Counted from the whole stretch's first letter, positions 1 to 10,536 are shown. The stretch: 62,771 nucleotides of DNA, filler included, from an uncultured Myxococcia bacterium (GCA_964617105.1; 6 parts of 6 records of this genome joined end to end with filler, not necessarily neighbours in it), one strand, 5' to 3'. Notes: a model not told the origin generated them from the letters alone. Numbers and translations: made by a program.

Positions 1-1
1 C

Positions 2-742
2 GATTTAAAGGACAATTCGCTGGACAGCTCCTGGGCTCTACAATTACATTCTGGAGGAGACGGCAAATGGAAACGACTCTTTCCAGCCGGCCAGCCGCCT
101 CAATTTAAAAGATCTCATGGCGCTGTATATGACCAGGAAAACCAGGTGGCCCTCTTTTTAGGTCAGGAAAAAGATGACAACGAGTGTAAGGTTTTCTTTC
201 TCGACACCAGTGAAGACACCTTAAAGTGGCAAGAGATTTTTCCTGGCGGCCAGAGGCCGAAAGATATCCAGATAGGTACTATTGCCTACGATAGCCATGG
301 CAAAAAAATGTATCTTTATGGCGGAAAAAAAACATCCGGTTCAGAGTTGTATGCAGACTTATGGTCCCTGACCATAACAAAAGATAATAATGACCAATGG
401 GACGGCGACTGGAAAAAAGTGGTAATAGATTCGCCTATAACTCCTAAAAAACGCCAGGGACATTCACTGGTTTATGACTCTAAAAACCAAACTTTGGTCT
501 TATTTGGCGGTATCAACCAGAAAGAAGAGACCCTGAACGACCTCTGGGCTCTCTCTTTAACCAATGAGCCAAAAACCTGGTTAAAAATCACCAGCATGGG
601 AGAGGGGCCTGGTGGAAGGTACGGTCATCGGGCTATTTACGATCCTATCCATAGGCGGATGGTGCTGTTTGGAGGAAACCATGAAGACACTTTGCTATGG
701 TTTTTGCAGTTACCTGAAGATTTGACCTCTTATCAGCAATAA
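2..742 (+). CDS. Kelch-repeat beta-propeller protein, 5'-truncated by window start
   Basis: Frame is open from base 2. Repeated Kelch-type units: GHSLVYD..LVLFGG..LNDLW, GHRAIYDP..MVLFGG, IAYD..MYLYGG..ADLW. Confidence 0.8.
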   Translation, partial: DLKDNSLDSSWALQLHSGGDGKWKRLFPAGQPPQFKRSHGAVYDQENQVALFLGQEKDDNECKVFFLDTSEDTLKWQEIFPGGQRPKDIQIGTIAYDSHGKKMYLYGGKKTSGSELYADLWSLTITKDNNDQWDGDWKKVVIDSPITPKKRQGHSLVYDSKNQTLVLFGGINQKEETLNDLWALSLTNEPKTWLKITSMGEGPGGRYGHRAIYDPIHRRMVLFGGNHEDTLLWFLQLPEDLTSYQQ

Positions 743-745
743 TAA

Positions 746-1438
746 ATGCACCAGATGAAACATTATCCTCTGTTTTTAAACTTGCAGGGCAAAAGAGTAG
801 TAGTGGTGGGCGGTGGCCAGGTAGCCAAACGAAAAGTTGACACCCTGCTAAAAGCCGGAGCCAAAATTTGCCTTATCAGCCCTGAAGTATGCCCGCAATT
901 GAAGAAGATAATCGAAAGCAATTCCGATTCAATAACAATTTCCCGGCGGAAATACCGGCCAGAAGACCTGAATTCCGGTTGGCTGCTCTTTGTTGCAACT
1001 GATAATCGAGAGTTGAACCATCAAATTTATAAAGCAGCCAAAAAACAGGGTATATGGGTTAACATTGCCGATGAACCGTCAGAATGTGATTTTATTGTCC
1101 CCTCTACTATACATCGGGGTGATTTAACCCTGGCAATCTCGGCTGGAGGAGAATCTCCATCCCTATGTAAACAACTGCGGCTTGAGTTTGAAAATATTTT
1201 ACCCAGGGATATGGGTCTCTTAGTAGAATCACTAGGGGAAATCAAGCGATGGCTGCAAGATCAAGGAATTGAACCAGACAAAAAGAGACGTTTCCTTAAA
1301 TACTTGTGCCAGCCGCATAATCGCGTCACCTTGCTGGCGGGCATAAAAGAGAGTGGAACTGACTGGCGGGAGTGGATAAAAAAGGAATACCGCCAATTAT
1401 GGGGAGAGGATTTGCAAACCAAATGTCAAATACAATAA
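746..1438 (+). CDS. sirC: Precorrin-2 dehydrogenase / sirohydrochlorin ferrochelatase (CysG N-terminal/Met8-like)
   Basis: YPLFLNLQGKRVVVVGGGQVAKRK Rossmann motif, VNIADEPSECDFIVP, AISAGGESP. First gene of the hem operon. Confidence 0.9.
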   Translation: MHQMKHYPLFLNLQGKRVVVVGGGQVAKRKVDTLLKAGAKICLISPEVCPQLKKIIESNSDSITISRRKYRPEDLNSGWLLFVATDNRELNHQIYKAAKKQGIWVNIADEPSECDFIVPSTIHRGDLTLAISAGGESPSLCKQLRLEFENILPRDMGLLVESLGEIKRWLQDQGIEPDKKRRFLKYLCQPHNRVTLLAGIKESGTDWREWIKKEYRQLWGEDLQTKCQIQ

Positions 1439-2256
1439 TTATAACCCTGATTTTACTCCTCTATTTTTTATCTTTTGGTAGTTATCTGATTCAATTGCTA
1501 AGCAAAGCAGGAAAGACCTCCCCGATTATTTTATTAATGTCTGGTCTTTTACTTCATTTGATCTTATTGCTACAAAAAGGTTACACTGCCAGCGGGGCAA
1601 TCACCATCGATCTCTCCAGTTCTCTTGGGTTCCTATCCTTTGCCCTGGCTGCTGTTTATGTAATTAGTTCTTTATTTCTTGGACTGATTAAGGCCCGGCT
1701 GGCAATCATGGGAGCCTTTGTTGTGCCAGTGGTTTTTATTTTGTTTCTGCTCTCCTCTATATTAACTTCCTCCGGGGATAGAATACCCGATTCTTTGCTG
1801 AGTTTTTGGTTGCCAATTCATGCCTTCAGCGCCTTTTTCTCTGAAGCGGCTTTTTTCTATTCTTTTATTATTTCACTCACCTACCTGGTGCAAGAACATT
1901 TCTTGAAACGTAGTGTTTCCAGGCGAATCATAGATATGCTTCCTGCCCAACAACTCTTGGATGAGTTAAATTTAAAAATGATCTCTCTGGGTTTTATGTT
2001 GATAACCTTTGCCATAGCTACCGGCATGCTCTGGTCCAAGAGTACTTGGGGCTCCTATCTGATATGGGATGCCAGGGTAATCTGGACCATTATCAGCTGG
2101 ATTTTATACGCTGCCATTCTTCATCTGCGGTTTGTTGCCGGTTTCAGAGGCAAAAAAATGGCGCTCATTACCGTGCTGGCCTTTGCCAGCCTTATGGGCT
2201 CTTTTATTATTATCAACTTGGCCAGAATAGGCAAACACATAGACCAATTTGTTTGA
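1423..2256 (+). CDS. ccsA: Cytochrome c assembly family membrane protein (CcsA/HemX-like)
   Basis: About 8 hydrophobic segments, WLPIH, WWD-like motif GMLWSKSTWGSYLIWDAR, terminal His. Start set at ATG 1423 after GGAGAGGA. Confidence 0.85.
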   Translation: MSNTIIITLILLLYFLSFGSYLIQLLSKAGKTSPIILLMSGLLLHLILLLQKGYTASGAITIDLSSSLGFLSFALAAVYVISSLFLGLIKARLAIMGAFVVPVVFILFLLSSILTSSGDRIPDSLLSFWLPIHAFSAFFSEAAFFYSFIISLTYLVQEHFLKRSVSRRIIDMLPAQQLLDELNLKMISLGFMLITFAIATGMLWSKSTWGSYLIWDARVIWTIISWILYAAILHLRFVAGFRGKKMALITVLAFASLMGSFIIINLARIGKHIDQFV

Positions 2257-2264
2257 TAACACCC

Positions 2265-3551
2265 ATGGATAATACACAAGCCATAAAAGAATACAATCTA
2301 CAGGTAGTAGGGATAAGTTTCAAAACCGCACCAGTGGAATTACGGGAAAAGTTAGCGGTTGCCCCTGACCATATTCCAGGTATTCTGAGTCAATTGCACC
2401 ATATTAGCGGGGTGCAGGAAATATTACTGCTCTCTACCTGTAACCGGGTGGAAATATACGGTGTACCGGAAGAAGATAAAGGATGGGAAGAAGATATTTT
2501 TAAATTTTTACTGGATAAAAGCGGTCTATTGCCTTCCCAATTAAGACCGCATATTTATATAAAAAATGGCTGGCAAACTCTTCAACACCTATTTCGAGTG
2601 GCTGCCAGCCTCGATTCTATGGTGGTTGGCGAACCACAGATCCTGGGCCAGTTAAAAGAAGCCTACAAATTAGCCAATAAGAGTAATTCTTGCGGTAAAA
2701 ATCTCACCTGGATCCTTCCCAGAGCTTTTAAGGTTGCTAAAAGGATACGGCATGAAACCGGTATCGGTTCCGGCCTGGTATCGGTCAGCCATATAGCCAT
2801 CGAATTATCAAAGCGAATATTCAGCGATCTTCAGTCACGGCAAGTTATTTTAGTTGGTGCCGGAAAAATGGGAGTATTGGCGGCCAGGGCGCTACTAGAG
2901 CATATTTCCGAACCCATGATTATCATTAACCGCTCCCTGGAAAAAGCTCAGGAGTTAGCAACTGATACCAATGGGATAGCGGCAGGCATGGATCAGTTGG
3001 ATAACCGGCTCTTAGACGCTGATATCGCAATTATTTCAACCGGGGCGGCCGATTATGTCCTGACCGAAAAAGAGGTGTTCACCCTTTTACGCCGGAGACG
3101 CTACCGTCCCTTGTTTCTCATCGATCTCAGCGTGCCGCGAAATATCGATCCTGCGGTGAACAAACTTGACAATGTTTATCTATACGATATAGATGCCCTG
3201 GAGTCTATTGCCCGGGAAAACATTAACAGCCGGCAATCAGAGGTGGTGAAAGCGTAACAGATAGTAAAAGATGAAGTGAAAAAAGTACAGATCAGCCTGC
3301 GGGGTTTGGCACTGGCACCCACCATTTCTGAGTTGCGTAATATGATGCAAGGTATATGCCAAAATGAACTGGAAAAAACTATCAGAAATATTGACCAATT
3401 AGATGTTGAAGAACGAAACAAAATGGATATGATGATAAATTCCATTGTTAACAAAATACTGCATTATCCCATAACTAACCTGAAACAAGCGGACAGTAAT
3501 GACTCCCAAAAACGGCTGTTGGAAAGTATCCATTATTTGTTTAATTTATGA
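2265..3551 (+). pseudogene. hemA: Glutamyl-tRNA reductase interrupted by one in-frame TAA (3255-3257)
   Basis: LSTCNRVE, SLDSMVVGEPQILGQ, GAGKMG, DLSVPRNIDP. After the TAA the same frame continues QIVKDEV..LAPTISELR..NKILHYP (dimerization domain) to TGA at 3551. Either a true nonsense allele or a base-call error. Confidence 0.85.
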
Positions 3552-3603
3552 CGAATTTTGACTTTTTACCAGAATCAAATAACAATATCCCTTAAGAAAG
3601 ACT

Positions 3604-4557
3604 ATGAAGAGTATTAAAATCGGTTCCAGAGGCAGCAAACTGGCCCTATGGCAATCTAACCAGGTGGCATCCCAACTAAGGTCTGAATTTCCTGACCTAA
3701 CTGTGGAAATAAAGATAATCCACACCAGAGGGGACAAGATCTTGGATACGCCCCTGGCCAACATCGGCGGAAAAGGACTGTTTGTCAAAGAGATCGAAGA
3801 TCAACTATTACAGGGGGAAATAGATATAGCGGTGCACAGCCTGAAAGATGTGCCAATGAAATTACCAGAGTCCTTGTTCCTGAGCGCTTTCCTCCAAAGA
3901 GAAGATCCCAGAGATGTAATGATTCTCAACAAAAATCAGGGATTTGACCAAACCGCTGATAACTGGTTAAAGGTATTGCCTCAAGGAACCAGGGTGGGGA
4001 CCAGTTCTCTTCGAAGGCAGTGCCAATTGTTAAAAATTCGTAAAGACCTGGAGATCCTGCCTTTGCGTGGAAACGTGGATACCAGAATCAACAAGGTTAA
4101 AGCCGGAGAAGTGGATGCGGCAATCTTAGCAGCGGCAGGATTGAAAAGACTGGGGCGACAGGAGGATATCGATTATTTTTTACCTCCAGAACAATTTATC
4201 CCGGCCATTGGGCAGGGGATTATCGCCGTTGAAACCAGGTTGGGAGAACAACCTCTAACCCAGGTGGTAGGAATTTTGGATCACTTTGAAACCCGGCTGG
4301 CGGCGCGGGCGGAAAGAAAAGTGTTGGCTGAACTGGAGGGGGGATGTCAGGTACCTATGGCAGCCCACGCTAAAATAGAGGAAGTTAATACTATGCGGAT
4401 CACCGGCATGGTGGGACGGCGCAACGGAACGGAAATGGTAATCTCCGAGGCTGAGGGACCTGCTGATCAACCAGAGAAAGTGGCCGGACAACTGCTGGAT
4501 GATCTATTCACCCAGGGAGCCCGGAAAATCTTAAGACTAGAGATGGAAAATGAATAA
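3604..4557 (+). CDS. hemC: Hydroxymethylbilane synthase (porphobilinogen deaminase)
   Basis: IGSRGSKLALWQ, GGKGLFVKE, AVHSLKD, GTSSLRR, LRGNVDTR, LEGGCQVP. Confidence 0.97.
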   Translation: MKSIKIGSRGSKLALWQSNQVASQLRSEFPDLTVEIKIIHTRGDKILDTPLANIGGKGLFVKEIEDQLLQGEIDIAVHSLKDVPMKLPESLFLSAFLQREDPRDVMILNKNQGFDQTADNWLKVLPQGTRVGTSSLRRQCQLLKIRKDLEILPLRGNVDTRINKVKAGEVDAAILAAAGLKRLGRQEDIDYFLPPEQFIPAIGQGIIAVETRLGEQPLTQVVGILDHFETRLAARAERKVLAELEGGCQVPMAAHAKIEEVNTMRITGMVGRRNGTEMVISEAEGPADQPEKVAGQLLDDLFTQGARKILRLEMENE

Positions 4558-6106
4558 CAACGAAAAAAAAACCGGAAAAGTTTACCTGGTTGGGGCTGGT
4601 CCTGGAAATCTTGATTTGATCACTCTAAAGGGAATCAAATGCCTAAAACGGGCCGATACTGTAGTATACGATTATCTGGCAGCTCCTAAACTGATGGATT
4701 ATTGCCAAGATTCAGCGGAACTGATCTATGCTGGAAAAAAAGGTGGCGATCACAGCATGAGTCAAGATCAAATCAGTAATTTACTGGCAGAAAAATGTAA
4801 GCAAGGCCAACAAGTGGTTAGGCTCAAAGGGGGAGACCCTTTTATTTTCGGCCGGGGAGGGGAGGAAGCAGCCCTATTGGCACAACAGGGATTGGAGTTT
4901 GAAATCGTACCGGGAGTAACATCTGCTGTGGCTGCACCGGCTTATGCCGGTATTCCTGTGACTCACCGGGATTATTCATCTACCCTGACCCTGATCACCG
5001 GCCATGAAAATCCCCAAAAGAATGAATCTGCTCTTGACTGGCCGATACTGGCTGCTCTGGATGGTACTCTGGTATTCCTGATGGGTTTGCGAAGACTACC
5101 CATTATTGTGGATAAGTTAATCGAATTCGGCAAACCTGATTATACAAAAGTAGCGGTAATCCAATGGGGAGCTACCTGCCGGCAACGGACCGTCACTGGT
5201 ACCCTGACCAATATCGCCGCCAGGGTAGAGGAGAACAAAATTTCCCCGCCGGCGATAATTGTGATCGGACAGGTCGTGGAAATGAGGGACAAACTGAGTT
5301 GGTTTGAAAAACTGCCCCTGTTTGGCAAAAAAATATTAGTCACCCGATCCCGTTCCCAGGCCAGCACGCTGAGCGCCAGATTAACTGAATTGGGCGCCCA
5401 GGTGGAGGAGATCCCCACCATTGATTTGGAAGAGATTTTCAGCCCGCAAATAGAAACCGCTTTTAAAGAAATTGGGCAGTACCAGTGGCTGATATTCACC
5501 AGCCCCAACGGAGTGGAATTTTTCTTCAACAAGAGTTGGCAAAAGGGGATGGACGCTCGCATATTATCAAACTGCAAAATTGCCACCATTGGCCCTGGAA
5601 CCAGCCAGGCTTTGGAAAAATATTGTCTAAAAGTAGACCTTGAAGCCTCTGAACACTGCGCTGAAGGGGTGCTGGAGGTGATGCAAAAAGAGTCATTAAC
5701 TGGCCAAAGAGTGTTGATTCCCAGGGCGGAAAAGGCCAGAGAGATTTTACCTATAGGGCTGGAACAATTGGGAGCAAAGGTGGAAGTTTTACCCATTTAC
5801 CGGACCCGGTTCCCGGAAAAAAATCGGCAGAAATTGGCGGATCTGATCAAAAATGATAACCTGGATTTAATAACTTTTACCTCTTCCTCGATTGTAAAAA
5901 ACTTTCTCAAGTTGCTGTCACCATTAGGACCTCACGACCTGGATAGAAAAAGAACAAAATTGGCTGCTATCGGACCAATTACCGCCGCCAAAGCGGATGA
6001 AATCGGGTTAGCCATAGATATAATGCCGGACAAATATACTATTGAAGGGTTAGTTGAGGCGATTCAGGACTATTATAGTAAACAATTGGTAAGAGATTCT
6101 AGATGA
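4550..6106 (+). CDS. cobA: Fused uroporphyrinogen-III C-methyltransferase / uroporphyrinogen-III synthase (CobA/HemD)
   Basis: N-half: VYLVGAGPG, RLKGGDPFIFGRGGEE, VPGVTSA. C-half (HemD): PLFGKKILVTR, IFTSPNGV, ITFTSSS, AIGPITA. Confidence 0.95.
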   Translation: MNNNEKKTGKVYLVGAGPGNLDLITLKGIKCLKRADTVVYDYLAAPKLMDYCQDSAELIYAGKKGGDHSMSQDQISNLLAEKCKQGQQVVRLKGGDPFIFGRGGEEAALLAQQGLEFEIVPGVTSAVAAPAYAGIPVTHRDYSSTLTLITGHENPQKNESALDWPILAALDGTLVFLMGLRRLPIIVDKLIEFGKPDYTKVAVIQWGATCRQRTVTGTLTNIAARVEENKISPPAIIVIGQVVEMRDKLSWFEKLPLFGKKILVTRSRSQASTLSARLTELGAQVEEIPTIDLEEIFSPQIETAFKEIGQYQWLIFTSPNGVEFFFNKSWQKGMDARILSNCKIATIGPGTSQALEKYCLKVDLEASEHCAEGVLEVMQKESLTGQRVLIPRAEKAREILPIGLEQLGAKVEVLPIYRTRFPEKNRQKLADLIKNDNLDLITFTSSSIVKNFLKLLSPLGPHDLDRKRTKLAAIGPITAAKADEIGLAIDIMPDKYTIEGLVEAIQDYYSKQLVRDSR

Positions 6107-6804
6107 TAAAATGCCCAAACTGCCAAAAAACCTGGCCCGATGATAAACAGATTTGCGATGCTTGTGACTATATCATCGACAAATCTTTCCTGGGTGAAAA
6201 TTTTACTGATGAGGAACGTAAAGATAAACAAAAGATTTTGCCCAAAGTAGATTCCAAAGAAAACAATGGCAAGCCGAAACTATTCGTGCATAGGGGGGGG
6301 AAGGTCGGAAAGTATCTCAAGAAGGATAAGGTAGGCCTCGAACCAGAGGAAAATTTTTTCCGTTCTTTGGAAGATTTTTTCTCCAACCTGGAAAAAGAGG
6401 AGAAAATTATCCTGATCTCCATGACGGTTGGAGTAATCTTGGCCTTTTTGCCATGGCTTAATGTGCCGGTTGAAGGTAATGTAGAGGGTATCAGGGTTGG
6501 TGGATGGATAGTGGTTCTCTTGTTGCTTGGAATAGGGACGCTTTTTTGGTATAGTTATGAAAAAGTCACCCCTTTCTTAGCCAGACGTTTAATTCTGACC
6601 CAAATTGGGTTAGCCGTTTTATGCCTGATATGGACCTTGATTATATTGGGGCAAATATTTCGGGGAACTATTTTAGAGTTCCCATTGGCTGGCGGCCTGG
6701 GGAGACTGAACTTGACGCCTGGCTATGGTATTTTTCTTACCATTTTAGTTGAGATTATTTTGCTGAGCGGATTATTGATGCAATTAAAAAAAACAAGGAA
6801 ATAA
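6103..6804 (+). CDS. Membrane protein with N-terminal zinc ribbon
   Basis: CPNC-x10-CDAC followed by 4 hydrophobic helices. ATGA overlap with cobA/hemD. Confidence 0.7.
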   Translation: MIKCPNCQKTWPDDKQICDACDYIIDKSFLGENFTDEERKDKQKILPKVDSKENNGKPKLFVHRGGKVGKYLKKDKVGLEPEENFFRSLEDFFSNLEKEEKIILISMTVGVILAFLPWLNVPVEGNVEGIRVGGWIVVLLLLGIGTLFWYSYEKVTPFLARRLILTQIGLAVLCLIWTLIILGQIFRGTILEFPLAGGLGRLNLTPGYGIFLTILVEIILLSGLLMQLKKTRK

Positions 6805-6808
6805 AAAT

Positions 6809-7978
6809 ATGCATACAGCCGATAAAAAAAATATCCTGGTCTTTGAACCCCAAAAAAAAACATTAAATGCCCTGGCCATATTGTTAGAGCAGGAGGGGCA
6901 CCAGGTCTTAAAGGCTACCGGCAAAGATTCTTTGTTACGTTTGCTGGCAGAGTCAGAGTTTGATTCGGTGATTATCAAACGCTCTGATGATATGGACCTG
7001 GAGGAAATAGTTCTCAAAATAAGTAAAGAGAAACCTCTTTGCCGGATTACCGCTTTTGACCAATACCTGAACTTATTTGATAACGCTCTATTTACCGTAA
7101 AAGTAAAAAGCGACCTGGATACCCAACCGGTAGATATAAAAACCCTGACCGGTCCCTGGCAAATTATTGCCGAACGCTATCAGATAATTGATCTTTTGGG
7201 CAAAGGCGGGATGGGAAATGTTTTTTTAGCCCGGGATATGAAACTACAAGAGGATGTAGCGGTAAAAATATTAAAGCGGGATCTATTCAATATCGAACAG
7301 AAAACCCTGGATCTGTTCAAACAGGAGATCAAAACCGCCCGGCAAATAAGTCATAAAAATATTATCCGGACATACGAGTTTGACGAATTTGGCGACGACC
7401 ATTTTGTAACTATGGAATATTTTGCCGGCAGCACTTTAAAGGAGTTTTTGGAGAAAAGACGCCGATTGCGCCTGGAACTGGGAATAACCATTATCCGCCA
7501 ACTATGTGCTGCCCTGGTCAGCGCTCACAATGAAAATATTGTCCATAGTGATGTTAAACCAGAAAATATCCTGATCAACAAACGCTTTATGATCAAGATA
7601 CTGGATTTCGGTATAGCCCGGCTACAAAACAAGAATTTCAATCCAAAAGAGATGGCCAGTAACCGGGTGATTGGCACCCCCCATTACATGTCGCCTGAAC
7701 AGTGTAACTCCATGCCCTATGACCTTCGTTCCGATATATATTCCCTGGGAATATTAATGTATGAACTCTTTAGCGGGCAACTGCCTTTCTACGGCCAGGA
7801 TACCATCTCGATATTATTAAAACATCTCAATGAAAAGCCCAAACCTCCCAGAGAGTTGAACATGGAAATTCCTCTTTTCTTGAATGACATGATCTTAAAA
7901 TGCTTGGAAAAGGATCCGGCTGCTCGTTACCAATCGGTATCGGAAATTATGTGGAGACTGCTGAAATATGCAAAATAG
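6809..7978 (+). CDS. Cytoplasmic Hanks-type Ser/Thr kinase with degenerate N-terminal receiver-like domain
   Basis: LGKGGMGNVF, VAVK, HSDVKPEN, DFG, GTPHYMSPEQ, SDIYSLG. N-terminus NILVFEPQ..LEQEGHQV..FDSVIIK resembles a receiver domain. Confidence 0.9.
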   Translation: MHTADKKNILVFEPQKKTLNALAILLEQEGHQVLKATGKDSLLRLLAESEFDSVIIKRSDDMDLEEIVLKISKEKPLCRITAFDQYLNLFDNALFTVKVKSDLDTQPVDIKTLTGPWQIIAERYQIIDLLGKGGMGNVFLARDMKLQEDVAVKILKRDLFNIEQKTLDLFKQEIKTARQISHKNIIRTYEFDEFGDDHFVTMEYFAGSTLKEFLEKRRRLRLELGITIIRQLCAALVSAHNENIVHSDVKPENILINKRFMIKILDFGIARLQNKNFNPKEMASNRVIGTPHYMSPEQCNSMPYDLRSDIYSLGILMYELFSGQLPFYGQDTISILLKHLNEKPKPPRELNMEIPLFLNDMILKCLEKDPAARYQSVSEIMWRLLKYAK

Positions 7979-8159
7979 TAACGATGCTTTTATTGCTAAT
8001 CTTTGTATTGTCTGCGCTTATCGCGCTTACTGTAAAAAACGTTTTACCCTATCTACCAGCCTATATTACAAATGTCCCGAGTTTGAAAGAGACCTGCTTT
8101 TAGACCGCAAACCAAAACCGAACTCCAAAAAAGAAAAGGAGAATAATAGTAGTGAATAA
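7968..8159 (+). CDS. Small Cys-rich hypothetical protein (probable metal binding)
   Basis: CIVCAYRAYCKKRF..CPEFERDL. Overlaps the kinase stop and the recD2 start, as expected for an operon member. Confidence 0.6.
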   Translation: MQNSNDAFIANLCIVCAYRAYCKKRFTLSTSLYYKCPEFERDLLLDRKPKPNSKKEKENNSSE

Positions 8160-10332
8160 TCTGGCCACTATTGAAGGTATGGTAGAGCGTATTGTCTATC
8201 GTAACCCCGATAACGATTTCACTGTGGCCAGGCTGTCGGTGGAGGGAAAACGGGGGTTGACCACTATTGTGGGGCTTTTGGCCGGGGTGAGAGAGGGAGA
8301 AAACCTGCGGGTCCAGGGCCGGTGGGTAATTGATAGGCGTTATGGCCAACAACTCAAAATCGAATCATATCTCACCATCTCTCCATCCACAGTCAAGGGT
8401 ATCGAGCGTTTTTTGGCCTCCGGGCTGATAAAGGGAATCAGTACCACCCTGGCCGGTCGCATAGTATCAAAATTCGGCATTAACACCCTGGAAATTTTAG
8501 ATGAAAACCCGGATAAATTGCAACTAGTGGAGGGTATTGGTAAAAAGAAACTAAAGGGGATCAAAACAAGTTGGCACCAACAAAAAAAAATGCGGGAAAT
8601 CCTTATCTATTTGCAATCTCATGGTATCAGTTCCACTTATGCGGTTAAAATTTACCGCCGCTATCAAAAAAATACCATCAGGGTAATTCGGGAAGATCCA
8701 TACCGTTTGGCCCTGGAAATTAAGGGTATCGGCTTTAAAAAGGCGGACCAGATTGCCCTGCAGACAGGAATAACTCTTGATTCGCCTCAACGCGCCAGAG
8801 CCTCTCTGCTATTTATACTGTCAAAGGCATCTAAAGAGGGTCACGTTTTTGTTCTTCAGGAGAATTTAATCGACATTTGTGAATTACAGATGGAGATCCC
8901 CTCCCAGAGACTACAAGATGCACTGGAGGATTTAATTAAATTGAAAATGGTAGTCAGGGAGGATGAGCGAATTTACCTGCATGGTCTCTATGCTGCTGAG
9001 GAAGAGATAGTCAACAACCTGCAAAGACTAACTAAATCCAAAACCAGAAATATCAAATTCAGCCCAGAAACAGAAATACAATTTAACCGGTTTGAAGCAG
9101 AAAAGGAGATCAAATTATCTCCTTCGCAAAAAGAGGCAATATTAAAGGCCTTATATTGCAAAATTCTGGTTATTACCGGCGGACCAGGCACTGGCAAAAC
9201 CACAATTATCAGGGCTATCGTGGACCTGCTGGGAAATAAACAGGTCAAGATGCTGCTGGCTTCTCCCACAGGCAGGGCTGCCAAACGGCTGGCAGAGGTG
9301 ACCTTTCGTAAAGCCACGACCATCCACCGTCTTCTGGAATACAGCCCCCATGATAACCTATTTCTTCGTAACCGGGACAACCAGCTTTCCACCGACATAG
9401 TGATTGTGGATGAAGCCTCTATGCTGGATGTTTTTCTGTTCAACAGTTTGTTGGAGGCTCTGCCATCTCATTGCCACCTGGTGCTGATCGGCGATGTGGA
9501 TCAGTTGCCCTCTGTGGGACCGGGGAATATTTTAAACGATGTGATAAACAGCCATCGATTTAACCTGGTACGACTACAGGATATTTTCCGCCAATCAGAG
9601 ATGAGCAGCATAATTGTCAATGCCCACCGCATCAACCAAGGTAAAATGCCCCAATTTCCAAAACCAACCCATCAAGATGAACTGCTGGATTCCTACTTTA
9701 TTGTCAGACCGGAACCTGAAGCCGCCCTGGCAGTAATAAAAGAGTTGGTGGCCAATCGTATTCCTAAAAAATTCAACCTGGACCCTATCAGCCAAATCCA
9801 GGTGATAGCGCCAATGCACAACGGTATCACTGGCATAGATAACCTTAACCAGGAATTGCAGAATATCCTCAACCCCGGCAAAATGGCTATTAAGTACGGG
9901 AATAAAGAGTTCCGCCCAGGCGATAAAGTGATGCAGATAAAAAACAATTACGACAAGAATGTCTTTAACGGCGATATAGGCATTATAGTAGCCCTTGACC
10001 GGGAAAAAGAGAAGATAACCATCCGTTTTGATAACCGGGATATCAGTTATGAGCCCCAGGAGTTGGAAGAGGTGGAAATCGCTTATGCCATCACGGTGCA
10101 TAAGTCTCAGGGCAGCGAATATCAAGCCATTATCATGCCGGTTTTAACCCAGCACTATATCATGTTACAGCGCAATTTACTCTATACCGCCTTTACCCGG
10201 GGTAAAAAACTGGTAGTCCTGGTGGGTACTTATGAAGCCCTGGGCATGGCAGTGCGAAACAACAAAATAAAGACCCGCATGACCGCTCTTAAAAATAAAT
10301 TGCAAGTCCGCCTCAAACCCAGTGGTCCGTGA
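8152..10332 (+). CDS. recD2: ATP-dependent RecD2-like DNA helicase
   Basis: N-terminal OB and HhH region (GIKGIS, VEGIGKKK), GGPGTGKTT, DEASM, GDVDQLPSVGPG, AYAITVHKSQGSEY, LLYTAFTRGK. Confidence 0.95.
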   Translation: MNNLATIEGMVERIVYRNPDNDFTVARLSVEGKRGLTTIVGLLAGVREGENLRVQGRWVIDRRYGQQLKIESYLTISPSTVKGIERFLASGLIKGISTTLAGRIVSKFGINTLEILDENPDKLQLVEGIGKKKLKGIKTSWHQQKKMREILIYLQSHGISSTYAVKIYRRYQKNTIRVIREDPYRLALEIKGIGFKKADQIALQTGITLDSPQRARASLLFILSKASKEGHVFVLQENLIDICELQMEIPSQRLQDALEDLIKLKMVVREDERIYLHGLYAAEEEIVNNLQRLTKSKTRNIKFSPETEIQFNRFEAEKEIKLSPSQKEAILKALYCKILVITGGPGTGKTTIIRAIVDLLGNKQVKMLLASPTGRAAKRLAEVTFRKATTIHRLLEYSPHDNLFLRNRDNQLSTDIVIVDEASMLDVFLFNSLLEALPSHCHLVLIGDVDQLPSVGPGNILNDVINSHRFNLVRLQDIFRQSEMSSIIVNAHRINQGKMPQFPKPTHQDELLDSYFIVRPEPEAALAVIKELVANRIPKKFNLDPISQIQVIAPMHNGITGIDNLNQELQNILNPGKMAIKYGNKEFRPGDKVMQIKNNYDKNVFNGDIGIIVALDREKEKITIRFDNRDISYEPQELEEVEIAYAITVHKSQGSEYQAIIMPVLTQHYIMLQRNLLYTAFTRGKKLVVLVGTYEALGMAVRNNKIKTRMTALKNKLQVRLKPSGP

Positions 10333-10395
10333 TATAAAAATCGGCCAGGTCATTTTTAGAGATTTAATTCCTGCATATCGTTTCGCTGACTCCTA

Positions 10396-10479
10396 TTAAA
10401 AGGTTGAAAAGTAACTAAATTTATCCAATTTTTTGGTCCAAAATCTACGCTTCGTTGATAAATCTTGCTTCCTGCTCAT
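10396..10479 (-). pseudogene. 27-aa ORF, possible remnant of an IS66 TnpA-like accessory gene
   Basis: AGGAGG RBS, then MSRKQDLSTKRRFWTKKLDKFSYFSTF*. The K/R-R-x-FW start recalls IS66 TnpA; no transposase or IS ends seen. Confidence 0.3.
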
Positions 10480-10536
10480 GATTATTAATCCTCCTAAAAT
10501 TAAGGGGTGAAATTTTGTTCGTCCGTCTATTTTATC

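Noticed and set aside
3255-3257. Stop-codon reassignment or selenocysteine/pyrrolysine at the hemA stop
   Set aside because: The codon is TAA, which terminates many intact genes here. Sec uses TGA and Pyl uses TAG.
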